From Octopus sinensis (taxonomy: Eukaryota), in contig NW_021834785.1 in NCBI RefSeq assembly GCF_006345805.1, positions 20,995-84,994 of the forward strand: 64,000 bases of DNA. The letters run 5' to 3'. Shown here piece after piece: positions 12,374-23,345 of this stretch. A program made the position numbers and the translations under genes. Numbering within the stretch: the stretch's first letter is position 1; each line of letters starts with the position of its first letter. Below the pieces are notes generated by a model. It saw only the letters and a program-made list of their open reading frames with translations, ran no database searches and was not told the origin of the DNA.

Positions 12374-12685
12374 TTCTAACTAGCTACTTTGCTTGTTGCA
12401 AGATCAGAAACTGAATGTCACTTGATTTTCTATATATTGCGAGTTGGAGCGAATTCTTGCTATATCTAGCAGCCGAGTGTTCACCACTGACGATGGGCAC
12501 AAATAACCCGAAACCGTTCGGTCTGGTCATCCCGTTGTCTGCTAGAAGATGGTAGGGGTTCGCTCCTTTGCTTGCAATCTATACCGGGTGCAGATTGCAT
12601 CGATAACCAGTTGGAGGAGGCTCTTCTTGGAGTTAAAAACGGCATATTGAATAGCCATATTGATGTGGCGATAAACATTACTTCC
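12374..12685 (+). mobile_element. Hammerhead-bearing non-coding insertion (retrozyme/PLE terminal-repeat-like)
   Basis: Flanked by an 11-bp direct repeat with one mismatch (12363-12373, 12686-12696); contains a canonical HHR and long self-complementary arms. Confidence 0.65.
12483..12527 (+). ncRNA. Type I hammerhead ribozyme (canonical core)
   Basis: ACCA-CTGACGA-T-GGG(CACAAATAA)CCC-GAAA-CCG(TT)CGG-TC-TGGT: intact CUGANGA/GAAA core, three stems, GUC triplet with predicted cleavage after C12523. Confidence 0.85.
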
Positions 12686-13262
12686 AAATAAGCATTACAT
12701 TTGACAACATAATCTGAACGCTAACGAGTTAAAGATGATAATATCGATGCCAATCATAGTGATGATGAGGAAGATGGATTAGAAGAGAGACTAGTGGAAA
12801 TAAAACCATAAATAAAAGGTGGGGGTAGAATTATGCTAATGAAGATATTTGTCAGTGGTATCTATTATTAGAATACCCCCATCCCACACACCTGTCTAAT
12901 TGTGGGGTGGTACTGTGTCGGTGAACTGAGGTGTGCCGCTGGTGATCAGTGAATAGCAGGATGGGTTGAACTATATATTCAAAGTAGAGATGTTGGCAAT
13001 ATTGTTCTCTACATTCACGGATATATTGTTTTACATATACACACCCGTATATAAATACTTCACCCCAGCATATATACATGCGCATAAAACACACATACAC
13101 GTACATATATACATATAGATACACGTATATTTGCAATCTTATATAAAAATTTTCTCACATTTTCTCTCATTTTCTCTAAAACGTACAGAGAAAAGAAACA
13201 AGATTATACACACACACATCCATCTATCCATCCATCCGTCCAACCATCCGTCCATCCATCCA

Positions 13263-14290
13263 AGGAGCATCGGTAAAATCTATTTATCAGAACATAGCAA
13301 AAAACAATAAAATGGACCAGCTTACTGAGAAGATAGTACAGGGGTACTTGGCACAAAAGACACCAACCATGAAAGGGATTTATCATGTCAAAAGCTGGGC
13401 ATAGAGTACCGACAAGTTGGTGACATCCCACTACGAAGGCTACCTCTATGCAATTCATGAACAAGAGATCTCCGCCAAGTACATACAGCACAAAATGCAA
13501 AAGATATTGACAGACAACAAATGTAGGCTGTGCAAGCCCAAGACCGAAGACATCAACCACATTATTGCCACCTGGATGAGGATGTCTTCCATATATTATC
13601 TTCCAATGAGGCATGATGAGGTGGCCAGAACAGTGAGGAACAGGGTAATCAAGAAAGAAAACACCCACAGTCGAAGGTAACTCTACTGAAACCGATCGGT
13701 CAAAATAACAGTGTCAAAACTTAAAAGTTAAAACAACAAGGAACAGATATGTTCCGTTTTGGATATCAGCTGCCCTCTGGACACAGTGTGGTTAGAGAAA
13801 TACAAGTGGAAGAGGACATCTATGAACCATTGATAAGGAGTTTACAAATCCAGTACCCAAGGTACATTTTCAGATTCAGATATATCATTACTGGGGCGAT
13901 GTTCTCGAGCAAGTATAGCTGAATTTGGGATATTGGGGAGAGAACGCAAAACCTCAATTCATATTCTAAATGAATGGAGACGGGCAGCTTAGTGCTTAGG
14001 GGTGTTGGACTCCTGATCGTCAGATTGTGGATTTGATTCCTGGATCTGGCGACACATTGTGGTCTTGAGCAAAACACGTCATTTCACATTGCTCCTGTCC
14101 CCTCTGCTGGCAAAATGATTAATCTTACGACGGATCGGCGTCCTGACCAGGTGTAGATTTTATACCCCATGAAGCCGGGAAACCGGCCCTTATAAGTCTG
14201 TATGACTCGAGAATGTAACTTTTTCGCGCTATAAATAATCGAGATACCCGAGACTGTAAAAATCTGCAAGATCTTAAGATTTAAATCATG
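13263..14290 (+). mobile_element. R4/Dong-clade non-LTR retrotransposon C-terminal remnant, interrupted by SINE-C
   Basis: EGYLYAIHEQEI..DNKCRLCK..EDINHII..YYLPMRHDEVA (zinc knuckle plus RHD motif), DISCP and LQIQYPRY restriction-like endonuclease region; TVKICK..LRFKS* resumes after the SINE at ~14245. Confidence 0.85.
13975..14222 (+). mobile_element. SINE-C, diverged
   Basis: Aligns by eye to 37344-37580 and 47049-47298 (TTGAGCAAAACAC..CATTTCAC.TTGCTCC; GGGAAACCGG). Confidence 0.75.
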
Positions 14291-15188
14291 AATAACAAAA
14301 CAAGATGCTTTCCTTCAAAACCTTGCTATCAAGCAGGTGGCCGGTTAAAATTCATTCTAAATTAAAAAGAGGAAAGGAATATACATATATACGTACAAAT
14401 ACGAATATATAATTACTCCCGATATCAGATAAATATGTTGGGGTTAAAATGGTAATAGAGTCTAGAAGAAGGCTCGCAAAGAAACATTTCAGTTTATAAT
14501 TTTTTAATAGAATTTTGTATTTTCTGATGCTGGTCTTAATATGTCACGGTTTTTCTCCCTGAAAGGATAGTTTGGGCAACAATTATATAGCATATTGTTA
14601 ATGGCGTCTGTTCACGGGTAACTTATATATAGTTATATCTTGACTAGGCAACCCAATATAGTGTGTTGAAATTTTTTTTATATAGGGAAAATTACATAGA
14701 AAATTACATAGAAACTTTTGCATTAATGAAACTTATTTTCAAAAGGAAAAGGGAGAGCATTCAGGAATTAATAGGAGATGTAGGAAGATTTGGTAACAAA
14801 GAGACACATTTATACATTATTTGATCTTATAATGAGGTCCTTAAAATTAAAAAAAGGTACTAATATATAACCACCAAACAAGAGAAAATTTTGAGATGTA
14901 TATTATTTTTGTTATGAAAATATTTCACTGATTACATAATTTAAAATAACAGCATAGAGAAATTTCCCAAGAGCACATTCTCTATGGGAGACATGTGCTT
15001 AAGAGCGTAATGGCAGTTAATGTTAATGTAGCAGTTAATAGGAGTTGATGTTAATGTAGTTGAGCTAAAAATGAATTTTAATGAGCTCATATTAAACACA
15101 CAATTAGACTTAATGCTTATGAAAATTGTTTTCATGAGGATAAGCATGGGAACTGCGGAGTTTATATCGAGAAAAGTTGAGTGTCAGC

Positions 15189-15189
<1 letters not shown>

Positions 15190-15282
<93 letters not shown>
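15190..15282. repeat. (ATCT)n microsatellite
   Basis: Direct reading. Confidence 0.97.
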
Positions 15283-15819
15283 GTATTATGTATGCGTGTG
15301 TATGTATATATACATATATACGCATATGTACATACATACACATTTCACATGCATATATATTTATGTGTGTATGTGTTTGTAGGTATGTAGGGGTATGTGT
15401 TCGTACGTGTGTACTTATATGTATATGTAGACACGTGTGTACGTGTGTACAAATATATACAAGCAGACACATACATCCGCTCGCACTCAAACATAAGCGC
15501 TCACTCACTCTTTCTTTCTCTCCCCCTCTCTCTCTCTCTCTCATGCTATTTCTCTCTCTCTCTCACAAACATATACATCTTAAAATTTATCGAACATTGT
15601 TCGTAGACAGATCGAATACTGATCGCAATCTGATCAAACACTTACTGTGGACTGGACTGATCAAATAATTATCACAAAACCAAGCATAAATTGGCTGCAG
15701 GCTGATCGAAGACTAACTATAGGGTGATCGCAGCTGTCGCTCAGTGAAGGGAAGTTTTTAATTTGCATAATTTGCAAGTACTTGCGCTTTATAGGGAGGT
15801 AAAATAATGTCACAAAGGC

Positions 15820-16339
15820 AGCTGGGTTTTTTTTTGGGGGGGGGCAGGGGATAAGTCAGCTATATCGAGACCAGTGTTTAACTGGTACTTATTTTATCGA
15901 TATCGGTGAAATTGAACTCAGAACGTAACAACGGACGAAATATCTATTTCTTTACTGAGGGGACAAACAAGAACAGATAAACGGATTAAGTCGATTATAT
16001 CGAGCCCAGTGCGTAACTGGTACTTATTTAATCGATCCCGAAAGGATGAATGGTAAAGTTGACCTCGGCGGAATTTGAACTCAGAACATAACGGCAGGCA
16101 AAACGCCTATTTCTTTATTACCCACAAGGAGCTAAACATAGAGGGGACAAACAAGGACAGACATAGGTATTAAGTCGATTACATCGACCCCAGTGCGTAA
16201 CTGGTACTTAATTTATCGACCCCGAAAGAATGAAAGGTAAAGTCGACCTCGGCGGAATTTGAACTCAGAACGTATCGGCAGACGAAATACCGCTAAGCAT
16301 TTCGTCCAGCGCGCTAACGATTCAGCCAGCTCGCTGCTT
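15820..16339 (-). mobile_element. SINE-A concatemer (three units; last unit has tail 2)
   Basis: One full head at 16339 followed by two headless core repeats. Confidence 0.9.
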
Positions 16340-16344
16340 TAGAG

Positions 16345-16495
16345 AGAGGTAAAATCATTTTTTTCTACGATAGGCATAAGGACTGAAATTTGGTAGGGGA
16401 GGTGACTAGTCGATTACATCGACTCCAGTGTTTCACTGGTACTTTATTTGTCGACCCCGAAAGGATGAAAGGCAAAGTCGACCTCGGCGGAATAG
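16345..16495 (-). mobile_element. SINE-A, 5'-truncated, tail 2
   Basis: Core GACCCCGAAAGGATGAAAGGCAAAGTCGACCTCGGCGGAAT plus tail 2. Confidence 0.85.
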
Positions 16496-17064
16496 AGAGA
16501 AGTAAAGTAATAATAATGTCAGAGGTATACGAATTCCAGTTATAAAAACTGAGTTGAGTGTCTTCACAGCTCTCACGGGAAATGGACTGCAGTCTTGCTA
16601 GGGCACAGCCTAGAAAGGTCTACTCAATCACATCAAGCTCGGTATTTAATTTTTCGCTTTTATGTTTGGTAAACAGTTTGTCTGTCTCTTTTACCGAACA
16701 GCTATGTTACAAGGACGCAAACAAAACAGCAGCGGTGCGTGTGTGAGAGAGTGTGTGTGCGTGTAAGTGGGTGGGTTGCGGTGGGGGTGAGGTGCCAAAG
16801 ACATTTACACACGCACGCATATGTATGTATAAGTACATATATATATACCTACATGTATATATATATATATATGTGTATACATATGTATATTTATATTCAT
16901 ATACATATATATATATATATATATATACTTATATATATACATATATATACACACACATACATTCATATACATACATATATAGATATGTATATATATACAT
17001 ATATATACATATATATATATATATGTATATATATACATATCTATATATGTATGTATATGAATGC

Positions 17065-17107
<43 letters not shown>

Positions 17108-17220
17108 TATATATATATATATATATACATATAAATAACAGACGCAAACATATGCGTCGTGTTTGTGTGAGTGCATGTGTGCGTGTCTATGTTTGTGCGC
17201 GTGCATTCGCACTGAACCTG

Positions 17221-17409
17221 TGTACAATGCTGCTGCTGCTGCTGCTGAAGATTATTATCAGTAATTACAGTATATTGGGAACGTTCCAAATCAGCTTTGA
17301 TCCTCCTCAACGCTGGTGACGTTGTTCCTGTTATATTTGTAGACAAATCAATAGTAGAAGGTCGCCCAGCCACTAGTCGACCCATATTTTCCATGGCAGT
17401 CAACTGCAT
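17221..17409 (-). CDS. Candidate host exon (unknown protein, poly-Q end)
   Basis: [64 protein letters not shown]; complex sequence, second ATG in GCCATGG context; splice sites weak. Confidence 0.3.
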
Positions 17410-17829
17410 TATTGTGTATCAGTGTTACTATGAATGTGTGGTTATTTCTTTGCGGTTCTGTTCACGTGTACATATAAACATATGTGTGAGAATGCCCGCG
17501 TGTATGTACTTCTTTGAGGACTCGCACGCATGTACACACACCTGTGTGTATTTGTGTGTTGTGTGTGTGTGCTTGTAAATTTGGTTTATGTTACGTGGAT
17601 GCTTGTGCAGATTCTGCGAGTATATGTTTTTCAAATTATGATTGAAAGAAATAAACCCCGTGATCTGCTTCATGTACTTATGGGAAGAAACTATAAGTGA
17701 CAATTACTGAATTTTCCCTACATTATATATTATATTCCCTTTAGAGTACTTCTTTGTACGGAGTGTTATATATTTTTCATACAGTTATGAAACATTATAA
17801 CCAATATATATATACGTGTGTGTGTGTGT

Positions 17830-18130
17830 GTGTTTAGTTCAAATTTACAGATAACAAAAGTCGAAGACAGGTGGAGGAGCAAGAATCAGGTCTATTAGTT
17901 TAACGATCGAGAAGAATGGAAAAGTCTTTGATGTTTCGAGTCTACGCTCTTCGACAGATAGGATTACGGTTCAAAATTGTACAAAAAAACACAAAACGAA
18001 AGATAAATGCAAGTGAAGGAACAAATAACAAGGTATATTATTTGGAACTCAGGAAAAATGGAAAAATTTTTAACGTTTCGAGACTACTCCCTTTTAGGAT
18101 AGAAAACTGATGGAAAGAGGGGAAAAATGG
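17830..18130 (-). mobile_element. Two diverged tandem PLE terminal-repeat-like units (P2)
   Basis: Similar to 35316-35470 (GAAGACAGGTGG, AAAAGTCTTT, GTTTCGAG); GTTTCGAG recurs 142 bp apart. Confidence 0.6.
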
Positions 18131-18190
18131 AGGCATATATATTATATATATATATATGTGTGTGTGTGTGTCTATATGTATATGTATATG

Positions 18191-18240
<50 letters not shown>

Positions 18241-18807
18241 ATTATGAAAAGTTATGTAGAGTTGCAACAGTTAAGCGTCAAGTTTCAAAATATAACTAAA
18301 CCAGTCACAGGACGGCTAGTCATCCGAAGCTTAGAGAAAACAGTTAACCTTTCCGTATGAAAATTAATATGTATTGTCTATTCTAATTTTAATTATCTGA
18401 AGTCTTTCTGTAAGGAAAGAGATAGTCTTAACAAAAATACGATGTTCCGTTGTTCGAATGTAGAAACCGAAATCAATGTCACATTTTGAACTTGGGAAAA
18501 TCTCGCATATAGTTAGTGTTCCGCTTCTAGATTTTATTAGTTATATGCATGTTAGTTGACTGATTTCTTTTCCTGAAAGCCTCAATTTTTCCAGATTGTC
18601 ACGGAGGCCTTTACTAACAAGCTCACAAATTATTGGTATAATGCTAATTTATAATCTGGGTACAGAAGCTGAAGTGTTTGAAAGAGTTGTTCGTAGTTAC
18701 CCTTTTTCTCTTTGATCTTCGCATCCCTCTCATTTTCTCTTAATTAATTAATTACTTGATTAATTAATCAATTTATTTATTTATTTTGTGTATATATACA
18801 CACATAT

Positions 18808-18829
18808 ATCATTATTATTATTATTATTA

Positions 18830-18893
<64 letters not shown>
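18808..18893. repeat. (ATT)n microsatellite
   Basis: Direct reading. Confidence 0.97.
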
Positions 18894-19096
18894 CATGTGA
18901 TGAAAAATCACAGCTTTTTTTGCTGGGTATGATGGAAAGTGTCAGCTGTCCACAGCCAGCGGACTAGGGGATACTTGTTTATTGGTCATGCTTCAAGAAC
19001 CCTGACAAGAATTCTTGTAGTTCTACCTTCACACTTGCACCAATCTTTTTCAGCCATGCTGGTAGTTGAGTGCTGATACTTACAAGTGCACCAATG
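18894..19096 (-). mobile_element. R4/Dong-like LINE 3' end, 5'-truncated, inside (ATT)n
   Basis: IGALVSISTQLPAWLKKIGASVKVELQ.. resembles the R4-clade terminal motif (V/I)GALG..L..WL..IG..LQK; (ATT)n on both sides. Confidence 0.75.
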
Positions 19097-19126
19097 ATTA
19101 TTATTACTATTATTATTATTATTATT

Positions 19127-19681
19127 GAGTGAGAGAGCAGTTCATGCCATCAAGGTGACACTGGGGTAAAATATACGAAGCCCAATATACCCATCATGAC
19201 TACCCGTCTGATAAAGGTACACAAGGCACATGCATCACAACCATATGTGCGCGACATGGTGATCTCATATCAAGATAAACAGCACATGACCTTGCAGGTG
19301 GGGCCCAGTTAGAATTTTCTTCAGGTTGAGTAGCCCATCCCGCTCAAACGGTCTCTGAATAAGGGTTGTTTAAGGATGTTGAAAGAACCACCCATGTTTC
19401 CAGAGGCGAACTATTCAAACCCCAAAGAATCCCTCTCAACACATGGCTATGATGCTCCCCCACTACTTCTGCTCGTGATCAGAGATGCACATATCGTCAG
19501 CCACTAAGGGACATGCTCAACTGGTTAAGGTCAAACAACTGACAAGCAAATCTGTGGTATTGAGCAGAATATTTGCTGTAGCCCATCTTTTATACCAAGA
19601 CAAAACAATGTACATGATAACACTTCCAATCAGTTAAGATCAGAAGCCATGAGAGCCACTGCCTGGTACTGCATCAGGGCA
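19127..19681 (-). mobile_element. Repeat E, longest copy (~555 bp), non-coding, inside (ATT)n
   Basis: Close match to 38003-38300 and 1684-1728; (ATT)n on both flanks; no ORF and no tRNA boxes seen. Confidence 0.85.
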
Positions 19682-19730
<49 letters not shown>

Positions 19731-19771
19731 ATATATGTATGTATATATAGGCATGCATATTATGTGAATTT

Positions 19772-19811
<40 letters not shown>

Positions 19812-20811
19812 TGTGTGTGTGTGTGTGTTCGTGTGTGTTGTTGTTGTTAAAGAATTGCGAGCATCAGGTAATTCTTTCTAAAAAGCAATTCAGAAAATTT
19901 TACAAGAAGAATAAGTAGAATCAAATAGACAATTGAAGTATTCAATGTTTATTACTTAAACACGGATTTTATATCAGGTTTCCTAATAATGTCATAAACA
20001 AACGCTAAAGCTCGCTCGCGCACACACATGTCCTGTCATATAGAGGCATTTTAACTGTTTAATGACTGTGTTGTTTACAATGCAAAACTGATATCTATTA
20101 CGAGATTTACGCCCTAAATTAGTTGTAAACAATAGGATATCGTTTCCTTTTAACTGATTCTAAATCTAGAGGATCACGCGTAAATCTCACATCCCATTGC
20201 ACTCTACAATACATCTATTTAATCTTCTGTCCAGTGATTAGTTGACACGTATTAAACCTCTCACCCTGCATGATCAGTGATTTTCCAATGTTGCAGTGAC
20301 CAGGAATATCAGTAGCGGGAAGGAAAAATATTTGTTTTTATTGTAATTGCCAATCCAATTAAGAATTTGGCAAAGAAATCACCAATAAATTGCCAGCAAA
20401 TTGCAATAAATTCAGGCACTTATTGACAACTGGACGACTTAATTATCAACCACAGCTCAACATTTACATATATCACTTTAATTAATAGCAAACAAGAAAT
20501 CAGATATTGTGATTTCTAAAAAGGAATAATATGGTTTAATTCTCCCTAATTGAGGATTTGGCAAGGGACTTATTGCTCCGTATTTCGTTCAAAATGAAAA
20601 TAAAATGAACCAAAACCATTTGCCATTTTTTGTTTCACATTTCAATATTTTCTTTTCCCGTGCTGTTTCGTTACATTGAGATATGGCCGTACTTGGTCCA
20701 CCGTGTACATAATATTTTGATTATGTAGCCAGTTATTCAAATGCTCAAGTGATTTCACTCAAATATGGTAGTTTCTCTATAGGCCATATCCGCCCACGAC
20801 ATGCATAATTT

Positions 20812-20872
20812 TTAAAGGGAAGCAATTTTGATAGTGTGTGGCGCACAGTTTGATTTGAGATTAATTTTGTAT
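20812..20872 (+). repeat. ~60-bp interspersed repeat (inverted copy at 44750-44812)
   Basis: TTAAAGGGAAGCAATTTTGATAGTGTGTGGCGCACAGTTTGATTTGAGATTAATTTTG matches the reverse complement at 44750-44812. Confidence 0.8.
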
Positions 20873-22204
20873 GTGTGTATGTGTGTCCGTACGTGTGTGT
20901 TTACCCTTGTGCATGTTTGTTGTTTTGCATGTGGATGTGTGTGTGTGTGTGTGTGTGCATGTGTGTGTGCGCGCGTATGCGCTGTGTTGTATTTTTCATT
21001 TATAATTTCCATTCAAAGCCTAACAAATTATTCACAACGGGTGTGTGTAATTACTCAACCATGTTGAATAAACCATGTTAGATGTGTTCATCCGAAATCA
21101 GTTTCGATTCAAAGTTGTATTCATTTTACTTCATTTATTTCACTTAGCTTTACTAAACTGAAATTCTTGTCTCTATGGAACTAATAATTTTGTTCCACGA
21201 AGAAGAGAACCAGAATTTCGAACGTAGAATTCTGCTAGGTACAGGTGCGAATGTTCTGCCAAAGAATTATCTTTTTCTCTGATAATCATGAAGTAGAGAA
21301 ACATAAATATCTTTTGCCACGAATATCTGCCCGTCCTACCCGACCCCACCACCTCTCTTTATTCATGTGTGCAGCTGTTATTTTGCAAGGTGGCATTATT
21401 GAACACTTTACGATGCATTAACAATGAAAGATCTAATCATAACAAGAAATGTTCTTGAAACATATTTACATCAATTATATTCTAGTTGTTGTAAAGCACA
21501 AATGATATAACTCAAAATATCAGACTATCTTTCAAGGAGATGCAATTATGCGCTACATAAAGGATCTATAAAGATTTCTTGAAAGTAATATATCGCGTGG
21601 AGTCTATACAGATCTTTTCAAAACTATTTACACAGAGAATCTGAAAGAATCTCTTTGTTCTATGTTTTCTTTAAACAATTGTTTCATGATACATTTCCAA
21701 GTACAAAATAATTCGCCGTGTTTGGAGGTTATAAGTTCTCACCATATCTGCTTTGTAGGATTAAAAGAGTAATGGTACTAATGTTACCATCAATCATTTA
21801 GATAAAGCAATTCAATGATGCTTATGAGTTTCCATTTGATCTTCTTTTACCGTTTTCTCAACATTCAGAGTGTTTGGGGAATAATTATATTTCTTATTAT
21901 CAAGAATCTTACTCCTTACATACATATCTCGTGATGCCAATTTCAGCAATGCAAGAGCATTAGTGTTTCAAAAATACATGTCAATAAAGATAAATAAAAA
22001 TAAGGCATTTTTTTTATCAGTAGAAAATTGCCAATTTTGAAGGAAAACAAATGGTAGCTTAAGATATTAGTATATCTCATAAAGGTTTAGAAACAACACT
22101 GAAATGAGTTAGTTGCAACTGAAGTTCGACGCATATTGTAATTATTATTCCCCATAAAAATATGAATCTCGAGTAAAACAAACCCCAAAGCACATCTACA
22201 CATG

Positions 22205-22485
22205 GTAGACAACTGGACTAAGGTAGGTAACTTGACTGTGGGAGACATCTGTTAGATGTCTGGGTTATTTCTATGATAACAGAGAAATGTCAGAAATCTG
22301 TTTCGTGATAGGCACCTAGGAAATGGTTGACAACCTAGTTATAGTAGACTGATAGACATCTGGGCATTGATAGGCATCTGGATTATGATAGACATAATTT
22401 GAGCCATCTTAGATTTTTGATATACTTTATATATCAAACATCTGGCTATGATACACATCTGGGTTTAGAAGGTATCTGAGTTAGA
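22205..22485. repeat. Degenerate 18-bp minisatellite (GATAGACATCTGGRTTAT)
   Basis: Adjacent units GATAGACATCTGGGCATT/GATAGGCATCTGGATTAT at 22351; AGACATCTG-like cores recur throughout. Confidence 0.7.
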
Positions 22486-22569
22486 AGATGTAGACAGTAT
22501 ACAGTCACGCGGAAGATTAATAGATTTAGTTCAACAGCGCCGAAGATTTGCCACTATAATAATCACATT

Positions 22570-22760
22570 TCCATTTACAGTAGCGTCTACATTGCTAACT
22601 ACACTACTTTATATACGATCATATGTATAACGTGATACACTACCACCTGTACTGTCATATGTGCTATGTTCTATAGCATAACCGACACTATCGTCTACCC
22701 TATCATGTACACTATGATCTACGCTATCACGTACATTGTGATCTGTACCATTGACCGTTA
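22570..22760. repeat. Degenerate 12-bp minisatellite (ACTATCATCTAC), block 1
   Basis: ACTATCGTCTAC CCTATCATGTAC ACTATGATCTAC GCTATCACGTAC from 22688. Confidence 0.8.
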
Positions 22761-22908
22761 ACCAGGGCGGTTGTGTCTGTTGGAGGTGATGTGAGCTTAT
22801 AAGGGTTGTGAGTGACAAACATCAAAGGGTGGGGCTAACGGTTCCTGGTTGTTTTTGAAGAAATGTTATGTCTAGACTAGGTACAACCTGTTATTAATAT
22901 TTTCAGTA

Positions 22909-23114
22909 TTATAAGGCAGCGAGCTGGCAGAAACTTTAGCACGCCAGGCGAAATGCTTAGCGGTATTTCGTCTGACTTTACGTTCCAAGTTCAAATTCTG
23001 CCGAGGTCAACTTTGCCTTCCATCCTTTTCGGGTCAATATATTAAGTACCAGTTCGATCTAATCGATTGGCTCCCTCCACAAAAATTTCGGGCCTTGTGC
23101 CTAGAATAGAAAAG
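22909..23114 (+). mobile_element. SINE-A, full length, tail 2, 13-bp TSD
   Basis: TSD AATATTTTCAGTA at 22896-22908 and 23115-23127; A-box GAGCTGGCAGAA, B-box GTTCAAATTC. Confidence 0.92.
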
Positions 23115-23126
23115 AATATTTTCAGT

Positions 23127-23345
23127 ACTGTCATCCACAGTACCATCTACACTGCTACTTAAGTTAAAATCTACACTGTCATATACAAATTCAGTTATAC
23201 AATCACCTAGGTCACTCTCAATATCTTCTATTGTATCCTCTACAGTTTCATCTACACTATCAGCAACACTATTACCCACACTATAATTTATACTAATACC
23301 TAAAATATCGCCTACACTGCTAATATCTACACTATCGGTACAGTT
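23127..23345. repeat. Degenerate 12-bp minisatellite, block 2
   Basis: ACTGTCATCCAC AGTACCATCTAC .. ACTATCAGCAAC ACTATTACCCAC. Confidence 0.75.

Larger units (their letters stand above)
12181..12735. mobile_element. Probable MITE split by a 312-bp insertion
   Basis: Imperfect terminal inverted repeats (TAATCATTTAGCATT at left; reverse complement of right end TAACTCGTTAGCGTT). AAATAATCATT/AAATAAGCATT direct repeat flanks the interruption. Family recognised from memory. Confidence 0.45.

Noticed and set aside
12481-12687. 68-aa minus-strand ORF and its plus-strand counterpart as exons
   Set aside because: Lies in the HHR-bearing insertion and runs into MITE sequence; RNA structure explains its complexity better.
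15820-16339. Regularly spaced repeats as a CRISPR array
   Set aside because: Units are ~165-230-bp SINE cores without unique spacers; eukaryotic context; no cas genes.
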